Assembly (NCBI GenBank): GCA_965223705.1
Contig: OZ245015.1
Coordinates: 2,688,001-2,752,000, forward strand
DNA length: 64,000 nt
DNA from: Myxococcota bacterium
GTDB lineage: Bacteria > Myxococcota_A > UBA9160 > UBA6930
Reading direction: 5' to 3'
Below, in pieces: positions 10,043-18,684 of this stretch. Every line of letters starts with the position of its first letter. Within the stretch, counting starts at the first letter, position 1. The notes below the pieces were generated by a model. It searched no databases. It saw only the letters and a list, made by a program, of their open reading frames with translations, and had not been told where the DNA came from. Made by a program: the position numbers and the translations under genes.

Positions 10043-11514
10043 GGGCGCGCGGGTTCGACTTCCGTCGACGCCAACAGATCGAACACACGTGCTTCTCGAC
10101 CGTTCGATTCCGCGACGAAGAGCGTGGTCACGTCCGCTGCCGTATCGAGCTCGCGGAATCGGTCGTCGTCCGTGATGAAGTAACGGGCTCCGCGCGCGCG
10201 CAAATCCGCCACGAGAGCGTCTGGAGCGCGGGTGCCCAACGGAACGAACGGCGCGTCCGCGTAGTACGCGAGTCGCTGTTTCGCGGCCGCGACGGGCGCC
10301 CGCTGCCGGGTTTCCCGAAGCCATTCTGCGGCGGCACGCGCGGCGAGGCGATCGGAACGCCGCGCATCGAGCTGCGGCAACAACGACACCACCGCCAGGG
10401 CGGCGACGAGCGCGACGGCGATGCGCCGCTCGGAGAACCGGTGCCAACGCGCCGCCAAGAGCTCGGCCAAGTGCCCGATCCCCACCCCCGCGTACCCCAG
10501 GGACAACGCGGCGACGGGCAGCACGTGCCGCTTGCTCACGTAGCCGGCGTGGTAAGCCAGCGCGAGGAGGACGAGCGTGTAGAGGGCCGTTGTCGCGAGC
10601 AGGTACCGGGCCCGCGGCCCCGGACGCCCGAACGCAGCCCAGATTCCCAGGAGCATCGGCAACAGCCACTCGACGCGAACCGCCGACAGGGCGGAACCCG
10701 CGAACTCGTCCGCGGAGCGGACGAGCTCAGCCAGCACGTCGCGCGCCGTGCCCTCCGCAGCGGGCGCCTCGGCGTTTCCCGGGAGCAGACCCTCGAGCCC
10801 TGCGAGCTCCGTCACGGATTTCTTCTGTGTGAACGTGACGTCTCCCCGGACCGAGGAGATCGCAAAGACGTAAGGAAGAACGACCACAGCCGCGGCGAGC
10901 GTCACCGCGGCGAGCTTCGGCACGACCGTCGCCCGTCGCGAAGGATCGCGCAGCGCGTCGAACGCGAGACAAGCCGACACCACAAGCGCGATGCCGAGCC
11001 CTTCGGGCCGCGTCCAGTAGGCGAGGCCCGAGACGACTCCTGCCGCCGCCAGCCATCGCGGTGCGTCTCGCTGCCACCCGCGGAACGCGAGCGCGCTCGC
11101 GCCGAAGAACAGCATCGCGTAGAGGCCGTCGCTTTGGACATCTGACGTGAAGGCCACTGCGCGCGGATGAACCGCCCACAGGATAGCCCCCACCCAAGCG
11201 GCGTTGCGGCCAAAAGCATCCTTGAGAAACCAGAAGAGAAAAGCCGTGCAAACGGCTCCCGCGACAATGGAAACCGAAGCCCCCGCCGTTTCCCAATCGA
11301 GACCGAGGAACGTGGCCGACCAGACCGTCAGCGAATACAGCGGATGGTAGGGGTGTGAGAGAACTTGGGTCCAGTCGCCCCGCGACATCGCCTGGGCGAG
11401 TTCGATAAAGACCGGTCCGTCGTTGAACATGACGCCGGCGCGTGCCCAGGCGATGATTCGGAGGGCTCCGGCGAAGAGGCAGAGGCCAGCGAGAGCCCGC
11501 CGCTCGAGCCTCAC
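10039..11514 (-). CDS. Polytopic membrane glycosyltransferase (GT-C, ArnT/PMT_2-like)
   Basis: Many TM segments, an early loop ND..F and HPLY, plus AY.TRPEG, as in GT39/GT83-like proteins. Confidence 0.65.
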   Translation of the reverse strand: MRLERRALAGLCLFAGALRIIAWARAGVMFNDGPVFIELAQAMSRGDWTQVLSHPYHPLYSLTVWSATFLGLDWETAGASVSIVAGAVCTAFLFWFLKDAFGRNAAWVGAILWAVHPRAVAFTSDVQSDGLYAMLFFGASALAFRGWQRDAPRWLAAAGVVSGLAYWTRPEGLGIALVVSACLAFDALRDPSRRATVVPKLAAVTLAAAVVVLPYVFAISSVRGDVTFTQKKSVTELAGLEGLLPGNAEAPAAEGTARDVLAELVRSADEFAGSALSAVRVEWLLPMLLGIWAAFGRPGPRARYLLATTALYTLVLLALAYHAGYVSKRHVLPVAALSLGYAGVGIGHLAELLAARWHRFSERRIAVALVAALAVVSLLPQLDARRSDRLAARAAAEWLRETRQRAPVAAAKQRLAYYADAPFVPLGTRAPDALVADLRARGARYFITDDDRFRELDTAADVTTLFVAESNGREARVFDLLASTEVEPARP

Positions 11515-11519
11515 GTGAT

Positions 11520-12332
11520 TCAGCTCTCCGGCCGCAGCGCTCGGTCGATCGCCCGTACTTCCCGAAGCAGCCCTTCGAACGCCGGGAAGTCGAGTTGGCT
11601 GGGACCGTCACAGGGAGCGTGCGCCGGGTCCGGATGCACTTCGACGAACAAGGCGTCGACGCCGACCGCCACCGCCGCGCGAGCCAGAGGCGCGACCATA
11701 TGGCGATCGCCACCGGTCGCGTCTCCCGCTCCGCCGGGGAACTGAACGCTGTGGGTTGCGTCGAAGCAGACCGGTGCGAAGCGCCGCATCGACACGAGAC
11801 CCCGGAAATCGACCACGAGGTCGCCGTGACCGAAGGTCGTCCCGCGCTCGGTCAGGAAGACGCCGCCCGCCCCGCCCCGCTCAAACTTCTCGACGATGTG
11901 GCGCGCGTCGTGGGGCGCGAGAAACTGCCCCTTCTTCACATTCGTCGGACGTCCGGTCGCGGCGCACGAGAGGAGGAGATCCGTCTGCCGGCATAGAAAC
12001 GCCGGGACTTGGAGGCAATCCGCGATCTCGGCGACCGGCTTCGCCTGGCCGGGCTCGTGAACATCGGTGAGCACCGGGACTCCGACTTCCGCGCGGACAC
12101 GCGCCAGAATGCGAAGCCCCTCGTCGATCCCGGGGCCGCGGAACGATCGCCAGCTCGAGCGGTTCGCCTTGTCGAACGAGGCCTTGAACACGAAAGGGAA
12201 CGCGAGTTCTTCAGCGGCGAGCCGAAGGCGCTCGGCGAGCTTCAGGGTCGCAGATTCGGTCTCGATGACGTTGAGACCGGCGACGAGCACCAGAGGCGCA
12301 CCGTTTCCCACGGGAATGTCAGCGATTTGCAT
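11520..12332 (-). CDS. kdsA: 3-deoxy-8-phosphooctulonate (KDO8P) synthase
   Basis: FKASFDKANRSS, QVPAFLCRQTDLL, NVKKGQF, DATHSVQ, CDGP. GGAGG SD upstream. Confidence 0.95.
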   Translation of the reverse strand: MQIADIPVGNGAPLVLVAGLNVIETESATLKLAERLRLAAEELAFPFVFKASFDKANRSSWRSFRGPGIDEGLRILARVRAEVGVPVLTDVHEPGQAKPVAEIADCLQVPAFLCRQTDLLLSCAATGRPTNVKKGQFLAPHDARHIVEKFERGGAGGVFLTERGTTFGHGDLVVDFRGLVSMRRFAPVCFDATHSVQFPGGAGDATGGDRHMVAPLARAAVAVGVDALFVEVHPDPAHAPCDGPSQLDFPAFEGLLREVRAIDRALRPES

Positions 12333-12353
12333 GATCGCGCCTCCGCGCAGTCT

Positions 12354-13640
12354 CTATAGCGACCCAAGCGCCGAAGAACACCCTCTTTCCGACTGCCGGG
12401 CCGACGCACGCGTCGGGCGCGGCGGGTGACCGTGAATGACCGCATCGTACAAGACGTCGAGCGCCCCGGGGGCCGCGGTGGCCACCCGATTCCAGCTCGG
12501 AAGCGAGGGTGCACCGCGGGGGTCGTCGACAGCGACGCGGGCCGCCGCCCGCAGCGCCTTCGAGAACGTGGCAGCCGCTCGCCGCTCCTCCTCCTCGTCG
12601 AACTGCAGGGCGTTCAAGACCGCGTCGTCGCGGTACCGCGCGATCGCGTGCCGAGCGGCTTCTTCGTAGGCCTTCCGCACAGCGTCGAGGTGTTGCTCGT
12701 CGACCGGGACTCCCTCCCCTCTGAGATTCCGGATCAAGGCGCCGGCGATGTCGATCGCCATCCGGTGGAGCCCCGTTGTCGGATCATCGGGCGACAGTTC
12801 GCGATGCCGGTGCTCGTAGTTGTCCGCCAATTCGACCTGGCAAACGTCCTCCGCACGGACCGCGCGGTACATCTCGGCGAGCGTCGAGATCTCGAGCCCC
12901 CAATCGTTCGGGATCGGCGCGTCCTCGATCAGTTCGAGATCCATCGCGCATTCGCCGGCGAGCGGGTAGCGACAAGCGCGTAAGAACGTGAGCAGCGGGT
13001 GCGGTCCCAGCACGGTTTCGAGGGCGCCGAGCAACGGCGCAACCAGCAATCGCGTGACGCGCCCATACATCCGCTCGCCGACCCGGGCGTAGAAGCCCTT
13101 CGCAAAGCGGTACCGGAGTGCGGGGTGTACGATCGGGTAGACCAGGCGCGCGAGCAGCTCCGGCGTGTAGTTCCGGATGTCGCAATCGTGAAGGGCGACG
13201 ACCTCGACGCGGCGCATCGCGAGCAGATACCCGTACGCGAGCCACACCGCCCGGCCCTTTCCGTCGCCGCCGAGACCGAGCCCCGCCTTGCGGAGCAATG
13301 AGCCCAGCGTGCCGATCGCCGGACCGTTCGCCCACAACACGGCGACCGGTTTTCCGTCGCTCGTGCGGACGCTATCGAACACGCCCGCCACGTCGAGTAG
13401 CGCTTCCCGGTCGCGCGCCGACACGCTGACGACGACCTGACCGAGATAAGGAACGTCCCGCAACGCGCCGACGAGCTGCGCGAGCCCCGGCTCGTTCAAC
13501 TCGTCGGCGAGACAGGGCAGCACCAACCCGATGGGCCGACGCGCCGCGTGCTCGACGAGTTCTGAGGTGAGAGTCGCCGCGCGATCGCGACGCAAACGAT
13601 GGAGCGTCGCGATCGGACCGGCCTGATGAAAATCCGCCAC
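12354..13640 (-). CDS. Glucosyl-3-phosphoglycerate synthase-like glycosyltransferase (GpgS family)
   Basis: N-terminal DFHQ.G.I.TLH, GKGRAVW, HDCDI (DxD), KGFYARV, GRVTRL, YPLAGE, DWGLEI. Confidence 0.72.
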   Translation of the reverse strand: MADFHQAGPIATLHRLRRDRAATLTSELVEHAARRPIGLVLPCLADELNEPGLAQLVGALRDVPYLGQVVVSVSARDREALLDVAGVFDSVRTSDGKPVAVLWANGPAIGTLGSLLRKAGLGLGGDGKGRAVWLAYGYLLAMRRVEVVALHDCDIRNYTPELLARLVYPIVHPALRYRFAKGFYARVGERMYGRVTRLLVAPLLGALETVLGPHPLLTFLRACRYPLAGECAMDLELIEDAPIPNDWGLEISTLAEMYRAVRAEDVCQVELADNYEHRHRELSPDDPTTGLHRMAIDIAGALIRNLRGEGVPVDEQHLDAVRKAYEEAARHAIARYRDDAVLNALQFDEEEERRAAATFSKALRAAARVAVDDPRGAPSLPSWNRVATAAPGALDVLYDAVIHGHPPRPTRASARQSERGCSSALGSL

Positions 13641-13683
13641 CGGGGGACACTAGAACCCTTCGCCCGGTTGCGCTCCCGAGCCG

Positions 13684-14016
13684 TTATTCGTGTAGGTCGC
13701 GGCCTTCTTGGAGAACGCGGAGGGCGCGCGCGTCGATGTCGACGAACTCGAGTCCGACGTCCGTGGTGATCGGATCGACCTCGGTGGACCACACGACCTG
13801 CGCGACAGCGACGAGCGTCTCGTCTCCCACATTGAACGTCACGCGGATGACGTCTCCCAGGTCGAGTTCGATGCCCACAGCCTCGAAGCGGATCCCGCTC
13901 GCCGAGAGATCTTTACCGACGCCTTGCTGGGCGGGAGCGTCGAGCGGCATGAAGGAGATGATTTGATCCGTCGCGATCCGGGGATATTTCCGGCGCTCGT
14001 TTCCGCCCTGTTCCAT
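13684..14016 (-). CDS. Stand-alone PilZ-domain protein (c-di-GMP receptor candidate)
   Basis: RRKYPR (RxxxR) and DLSASG (DxSxxG) motifs, followed by VVW...GLEF. Confidence 0.85.
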   Translation of the reverse strand: MEQGGNERRKYPRIATDQIISFMPLDAPAQQGVGKDLSASGIRFEAVGIELDLGDVIRVTFNVGDETLVAVAQVVWSTEVDPITTDVGLEFVDIDARALRVLQEGRDLHE

Positions 14017-14074
14017 AGGGGCGTCTTCGGCGTGCGGGAGGCCCGGCTTGAGGTATTCCCTGCGGGTCGGCTCG

Positions 14075-14096
14075 AAAAAAGCGCTGAAAAAGCGCT
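14075..14096 (-). terminator. Putative intrinsic terminator after the dinB-like gene
   Basis: Minus strand reads AGCGCT-TTTTC-AGCGCT (6-bp stem) followed by TTTTT, overlapping the TAG stop. Confidence 0.45.
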
Positions 14097-15144
14097 ACTC
14101 GAAGAGATCGAGTTGCCGATCCGTGCCGGGCGCACGAAGCAGCCGGTCGACGGAGAGGCCGAGGAGCCGGACGGCCCGCTGGCCCGCGTCCGTCCGCGCC
14201 AAGAGCGAGACAGCGTCCTCGAAGAAGCGCTCCGCCGTTCGTTCCGGGGCCGCCATCGTGCGGCTTCGCGTCACCGTGTCTCCCTCCAGGTAGCGGGTCT
14301 TGAGGGTCAACCGGCGGGCGGATAGGCCCTCGAGTGCGAGTCCGCGGGCGACGCCGGAAGCGAGCTCGCGGAGCAGTTCGTGAAGGCGCGGCACGTCGAG
14401 CTCCGGGACTGGAAGCGTCTCTTCCTGGCTCACGCTGCGGGCGTGGGGGCTCGCGCGGAGCTTCGATTCGCCGACGCCGCGCGCAGCGTGATGAATCGCA
14501 GCGCCGTGGCGCCCGATCTGGTCGATGACCTCGGAGAGCGATTTTTGCGCCATCTCGCCGATTGTCGTGACGGACCATCCCGCGAGTCGTTCTTCGGTAC
14601 GCGGGCCGACTCCGGGAAGGCGGCGAACCGGCAACGGCGCCAGGAACGGGGTGATGTCCTCGGCGGCGATCCGCACGACCTCGCCGTCTCGCGCTTCTTC
14701 CGAGGCCAGCCGCGCGACGAACTTCACCGGCGCGATTCCCACGCGCAGCGGGAGCGACAGGTCCTCGCCGACTCGGTCGATCAATTTGCCGGCGAGCTCT
14801 CGCGCGACCTCTCCCCCTTCGACGGCGAGAAACGCCGCGTCGAGGCCCGAGAGCTCGACTTCCTCCGCCGCGCCGCGAAAGTGCGCCCGCAAGCGCGACG
14901 AGATCGCGCGATAACGACGCATGTCCGTGCGGACCACGCGCGCGGTGGGACAACGCTCGAGCGCTTCGAGCACACTCGCGCCCGGCGTCACCCCATCGCG
15001 CAGCGCCTCTTCGCTCGCCGCCTGGACGAGCCCCCGCTTGCGCGGATCGCCGCCGACAATGACCGGCCGGTCGCGCAGCTCGGGACGGGCGACTCGCTCG
15101 ATCTCGGCGTAAAAGCGCGGTACCTGCGCGAACACGAGTTCCAT
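14095..15144 (-). CDS. DinB/DNA polymerase IV-like Y-family protein, probably catalytically inactive
   Basis: Colinear with DinB (FYAEIE..RPELRDRPVIVGG..RG.V, LPGVG, little-finger SVSQEET, TRSRT) and ends in the clamp motif QLDLF. The DMD and DE catalytic motifs are replaced by QVP and DA. ATG overlaps the upstream TGA. Confidence 0.85.
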   Translation of the reverse strand: MELVFAQVPRFYAEIERVARPELRDRPVIVGGDPRKRGLVQAASEEALRDGVTPGASVLEALERCPTARVVRTDMRRYRAISSRLRAHFRGAAEEVELSGLDAAFLAVEGGEVARELAGKLIDRVGEDLSLPLRVGIAPVKFVARLASEEARDGEVVRIAAEDITPFLAPLPVRRLPGVGPRTEERLAGWSVTTIGEMAQKSLSEVIDQIGRHGAAIHHAARGVGESKLRASPHARSVSQEETLPVPELDVPRLHELLRELASGVARGLALEGLSARRLTLKTRYLEGDTVTRSRTMAAPERTAERFFEDAVSLLARTDAGQRAVRLLGLSVDRLLRAPGTDRQLDLFE

Positions 15145-17570
15145 CACGGCACAGGCTTCAATCGAAGCTCGTGACCGGTCACGGTATCGACGACCATGCC
15201 GTGCGCGGTGAACAGGTGGTCTTCCCCGCGCAGCCAGCCGCGAATGCCGTCTTCTGCGTGGGGATGCCCCGGGAACTCGCTCTGGCCCGGAGCCAGCGCG
15301 CTGCGCGCATGGGACAAGTCGGCGGCGTCGACGCCAAAGCGGTGCCCGGCGACGGTGCGCACGTCGTAGGGGCCGAGAGCGGCGTAGTCCGCCACCTGAA
15401 CGCTTCCCGAGGACCCGCCGTAGGCGAACGGCCCGGGACCGCCGCGGTACGCCGCGAGCGGCCACAACGTGCGGAAGCGAAGGCCGTGGAGCTTCCCCCA
15501 CTGCCACTTGTCGCGGTTGCGGCCGAGCTCGACGGACAGGGACACCCACGCGTCGCGAAGCGCTTCTGCGACGGCTTCGTCGAAGTGGGCCCGTCCGATC
15601 CACGCGACCGACTTGGGGTCCCGATCGAGGGTGTCGGCGAGGCGGGTCAGGAACGCGCCGACACTCATGCGTCGCAACGAGACGTAGCGTCGGAGGAGAT
15701 CGTCTCCGAGGGTTTTACCGAGCAAGCGCTCGAGAAGGTGCCGTTGAAACACATGGAAGAGCGCGGCGCCGGGACTCTCGGGACCACTCCGCCCCTCCCA
15801 GGCGCGGAGGACACGGAGACATTCGCGTGCCTCGGGCGGCAGATCGTCGCGATCGCGAACCTCGGCCACGGCCTTCTCGATCAACGCGACGCCGGTTCGC
15901 GTCACGACGTCGCTCTGAAGCCCCAACAACGAGTCGAGTGCCGGCGCTCCGCGCTCGAGCTCGCCGCCGAGCAGCTCCCGAAGGCGGCGTTCCCGTTCGC
16001 CCGGGGCCCACAACCACTCGACGAGTCCACCGGTCGCGCCCGCGCCGTCCGCGGCGACGACAGTGGGAGCGGCGCGCCCTGGGTAGGCGGCCCGCAATTG
16101 TGGGGAGGTGAGAACCCCGGCCCAGTCGTAGCTTCGATCGCGCCCCGGGAACGGCAGGAGCTCCGAGAACTGAGGCCGGGTCGGTACGGCGCCGAAGAGC
16201 TCGCTCCCCGCCTCCCCGCCGGTCGCGACGTAGCTCACCCGCACCACCGGATGGCGGTGAGCGCCCAGTGCCTCGCGCAATGCGTCCGCATCGGCCGCGC
16301 GCGCCGCCCCGAAGAACCCCTCGAGGCCGTGCCCGTCCCGGATTCCCAGCCAGGACAGCGCCAGAGGCGGCATGGATCCCTCGACGAAATCCGAGATCAG
16401 CGGTCCGTGGCGCGTCTCGCGCACGCGCTGAGACACCGGCTCGGCGTCCCGCACGGCGATGCTCTCCTCCCGGACCGCGAGGGAACGCCACCGGCGACCG
16501 TCGTGATACCGGTCCTTTGCATCCTGCAGGGTCTCGACGTAGACGTCCGAGACCACCGCTCCCGGGTAGGTCGACGCCCAGGCGACGCCTTCGGTAAAGC
16601 CGGTCCAAAACACGGGAATGCCGGGCAAGGTCGCCCCGGCGACGCGAAACCCCGGCGCTTCGAGGTGTGCTCGGTACCACGCGGCGGGTTGGGTGGCTTC
16701 GGTGTGGGAGTCCGCGATGAGGAGCGGGGCGCCGCTCGCGCTGCGTTCGCCGGAGAGAACCACCGCGCTACTCCCGATGCTGGCTCCCGCCATCCCCAGG
16801 GCCCGGCGCAACTGGGCGAAACCGCGGGCCGGTCGCAGCCCGGGGACCTGCGCCCTTCGCGCCTCGCCCGACGTCGCGCCGTGCGGAAAAAAGACGCGCG
16901 ACTCGAGGCCGCCGAACCGTTCGAGAAGTGCCCCCAAGACCAGCGTTTCTTCAAGCGTTCCTTCGAGCGACCAAGCGTAGAGGCCTAGAACAGCGATAGA
17001 ATCTTCAGGACCCCAAACGGGCACGTCCGCTCGCGGCCAGTTTGCGGGTCGCGCCGTCTCGCCTTCGCGAAATGCGGCCCAAACGGCGTTGATCCCGGCG
17101 CTGTACGCCTCGAGTAGCCGGCGGACACGGTCGCTCGAGTCCGCCCATCGGGCTTCGGCGCGCACCGCGAGTCCGAGCCCCCGGGCGATGCGATCCCCGG
17201 GAAGGGCCTCGGCCCCGATCCAGCTGGCGAGCTCGCCCCGCGCCGCGCTCCGCCACCACAGCAGCTGGATGGGCCGGTCCTGGGCGTGGGCAAAGCCCAG
17301 GGCGAAGTAGGCGTCGCGCTCGCTAGCAGCGCTGGCGTGCGGGATCCCCCAGCGGTCCCGGAGGATGCGGAGTGGTTCATCGAGGCCGGGAACGGACAAC
17401 TCGCCGGAGAGCTTGGGGTAGGCGGCCCGTTCGGCGCGCGCCGCCCACCACTGCCAGAGCGGCGGTCCGACCAAGGCGAGCGCGATCAGGAGGGCCACGA
17501 AACGCGTGGTCGATACGCCGCTGCGTCGGTCCGGGGATCGCCCACCCCCTCCTTCTCGCTCGAGGGCCAT
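15144..17570 (-). CDS. Penicillin acylase family (Ntn-hydrolase, peptidase S45) protein with N-terminal membrane anchor
   Basis: ILRDRWGIPH, FALGFAHAQDR, GS beta-chain start (GSSAVVLSGERSASGAPLL..DSH), RETRHGP, WQWGKLH, PGQSE.PGHPH. Confidence 0.85.
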   Translation of the reverse strand: MALEREGGGGRSPDRRSGVSTTRFVALLIALALVGPPLWQWWAARAERAAYPKLSGELSVPGLDEPLRILRDRWGIPHASAASERDAYFALGFAHAQDRPIQLLWWRSAARGELASWIGAEALPGDRIARGLGLAVRAEARWADSSDRVRRLLEAYSAGINAVWAAFREGETARPANWPRADVPVWGPEDSIAVLGLYAWSLEGTLEETLVLGALLERFGGLESRVFFPHGATSGEARRAQVPGLRPARGFAQLRRALGMAGASIGSSAVVLSGERSASGAPLLIADSHTEATQPAAWYRAHLEAPGFRVAGATLPGIPVFWTGFTEGVAWASTYPGAVVSDVYVETLQDAKDRYHDGRRWRSLAVREESIAVRDAEPVSQRVRETRHGPLISDFVEGSMPPLALSWLGIRDGHGLEGFFGAARAADADALREALGAHRHPVVRVSYVATGGEAGSELFGAVPTRPQFSELLPFPGRDRSYDWAGVLTSPQLRAAYPGRAAPTVVAADGAGATGGLVEWLWAPGERERRLRELLGGELERGAPALDSLLGLQSDVVTRTGVALIEKAVAEVRDRDDLPPEARECLRVLRAWEGRSGPESPGAALFHVFQRHLLERLLGKTLGDDLLRRYVSLRRMSVGAFLTRLADTLDRDPKSVAWIGRAHFDEAVAEALRDAWVSLSVELGRNRDKWQWGKLHGLRFRTLWPLAAYRGGPGPFAYGGSSGSVQVADYAALGPYDVRTVAGHRFGVDAADLSHARSALAPGQSEFPGHPHAEDGIRGWLRGEDHLFTAHGMVVDTVTGHELRLKPVP

Positions 17571-17589
17571 GGGCGAGGACAATAACCAC

Positions 17590-17602
17590 CCGTATAATAC
17601 GG
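17590..17602 (+). promoter_or_regulatory. Consensus -10 (TATAAT) of the gap operon inside the inverted repeat CCGTA-TAA-TACGG
   Basis: TATAAT at 17593-17598 in an AT-richer divergent intergenic region. No good -35. Confidence 0.4.
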
Positions 17603-17685
17603 CGCTCTCGCCGCCAATTCGTCGCGGCGCAACTTTCCCCCGATGATCTCGAAGCGATCCGGCTGGGGTTCGTAAGGAGTACGCG

Positions 17686-18681
17686 ATGGCGGTGCGTGTG
17701 GGTATCAACGGTTTCGGTCGGATCGGCCGGTTGGCATTTCGCGCGATGCGCGACCTCGACGTCGAAGTTGTGGGAATCAACGACCTGGTCGATTCCGCAA
17801 CCCTCGCTCACCTGCTGAAGTACGACTCGGTGCATGGCCGTTTTCCCGAAGAAGTCCACGCCGATGGGGACGCTATCGTCGTCGGTGGCTCGCGGATTCC
17901 GATCTCTGCCGAGCGGGATCCGGCGGCGCTCCCGTGGAAAAAGCTCGGAGCGGAAATCGCCGTCGAGTCGACGGGCCTTTTCACCAAGCGCGAAGACGCG
18001 GCGAAGCACCTCGACGCCGGGGCGGACCGCGTCATCATCAGCGCGCCCGCGACGAACCCGGACGTGACGCTCGTCCTCGGCGTGAACGACGATGCCTACG
18101 ACCCCGCGGAGCATCGCGTGATTTCGAACGCGTCGTGCACGACGAATTGTCTCGCCCCGGTGGCGAAGGTGCTGCAGGAATCCTTCGGCGTGAAGCGCGG
18201 TCTGATGGTGACCATCCACGCGTACACGTCCGATCAAAAGATCGTCGACTCTCCCCACAAAGACCTGCGCCGCGCGCGCGCCGGCGCTGTATCGATGATC
18301 CCCACCAGTACCGGTGCGGCCCGGGCGATCAGCCTCGTCATGCCCGAGCTCGAGGGCAAGCTCGACGGCTACGCCATGCGCGTGCCGACGGCGGACGTCT
18401 CCGTCGTCGATTTGAGTGTCGAACTCACGCGTGAAACCGACGCCGAAGCGATCAACCAAGCCGTCGCGCGCGCAGCGGCCGGACCGATGAAGGGTGTGCT
18501 CGAATACTGCGACGAGCCTCTCGTCTCCGCGGATTTCATCGGCAATCCACACTCGTCGATCTTCGACGCGCTGAGCACCAAAGTCATGGACCAGAACTTC
18601 GCGAAGGTCCTGTCGTGGTACGACAACGAGATGGGCTACGCCACGCGCGTCGCCGAACTCGCGGGACGTTTGGGAAGCTAG
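17686..18681 (+). CDS. gap: Glyceraldehyde-3-phosphate dehydrogenase (type I)
   Basis: GINGFGRIGR, SNASCTTNCL, WYDNE. AAGGAG SD. Confidence 0.98.
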   Translation: MAVRVGINGFGRIGRLAFRAMRDLDVEVVGINDLVDSATLAHLLKYDSVHGRFPEEVHADGDAIVVGGSRIPISAERDPAALPWKKLGAEIAVESTGLFTKREDAAKHLDAGADRVIISAPATNPDVTLVLGVNDDAYDPAEHRVISNASCTTNCLAPVAKVLQESFGVKRGLMVTIHAYTSDQKIVDSPHKDLRRARAGAVSMIPTSTGAARAISLVMPELEGKLDGYAMRVPTADVSVVDLSVELTRETDAEAINQAVARAAAGPMKGVLEYCDEPLVSADFIGNPHSSIFDALSTKVMDQNFAKVLSWYDNEMGYATRVAELAGRLGS

Positions 18682-18684
18682 TCC

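Noticed and set aside
14095..15144. Calling the dinB-like gene a pseudogene or a normal Pol IV
   Set aside because: The frame, start coupling and clamp motif are intact, so it is not a pseudogene. The catalytic carboxylates are missing, so it is not a canonical Pol IV.
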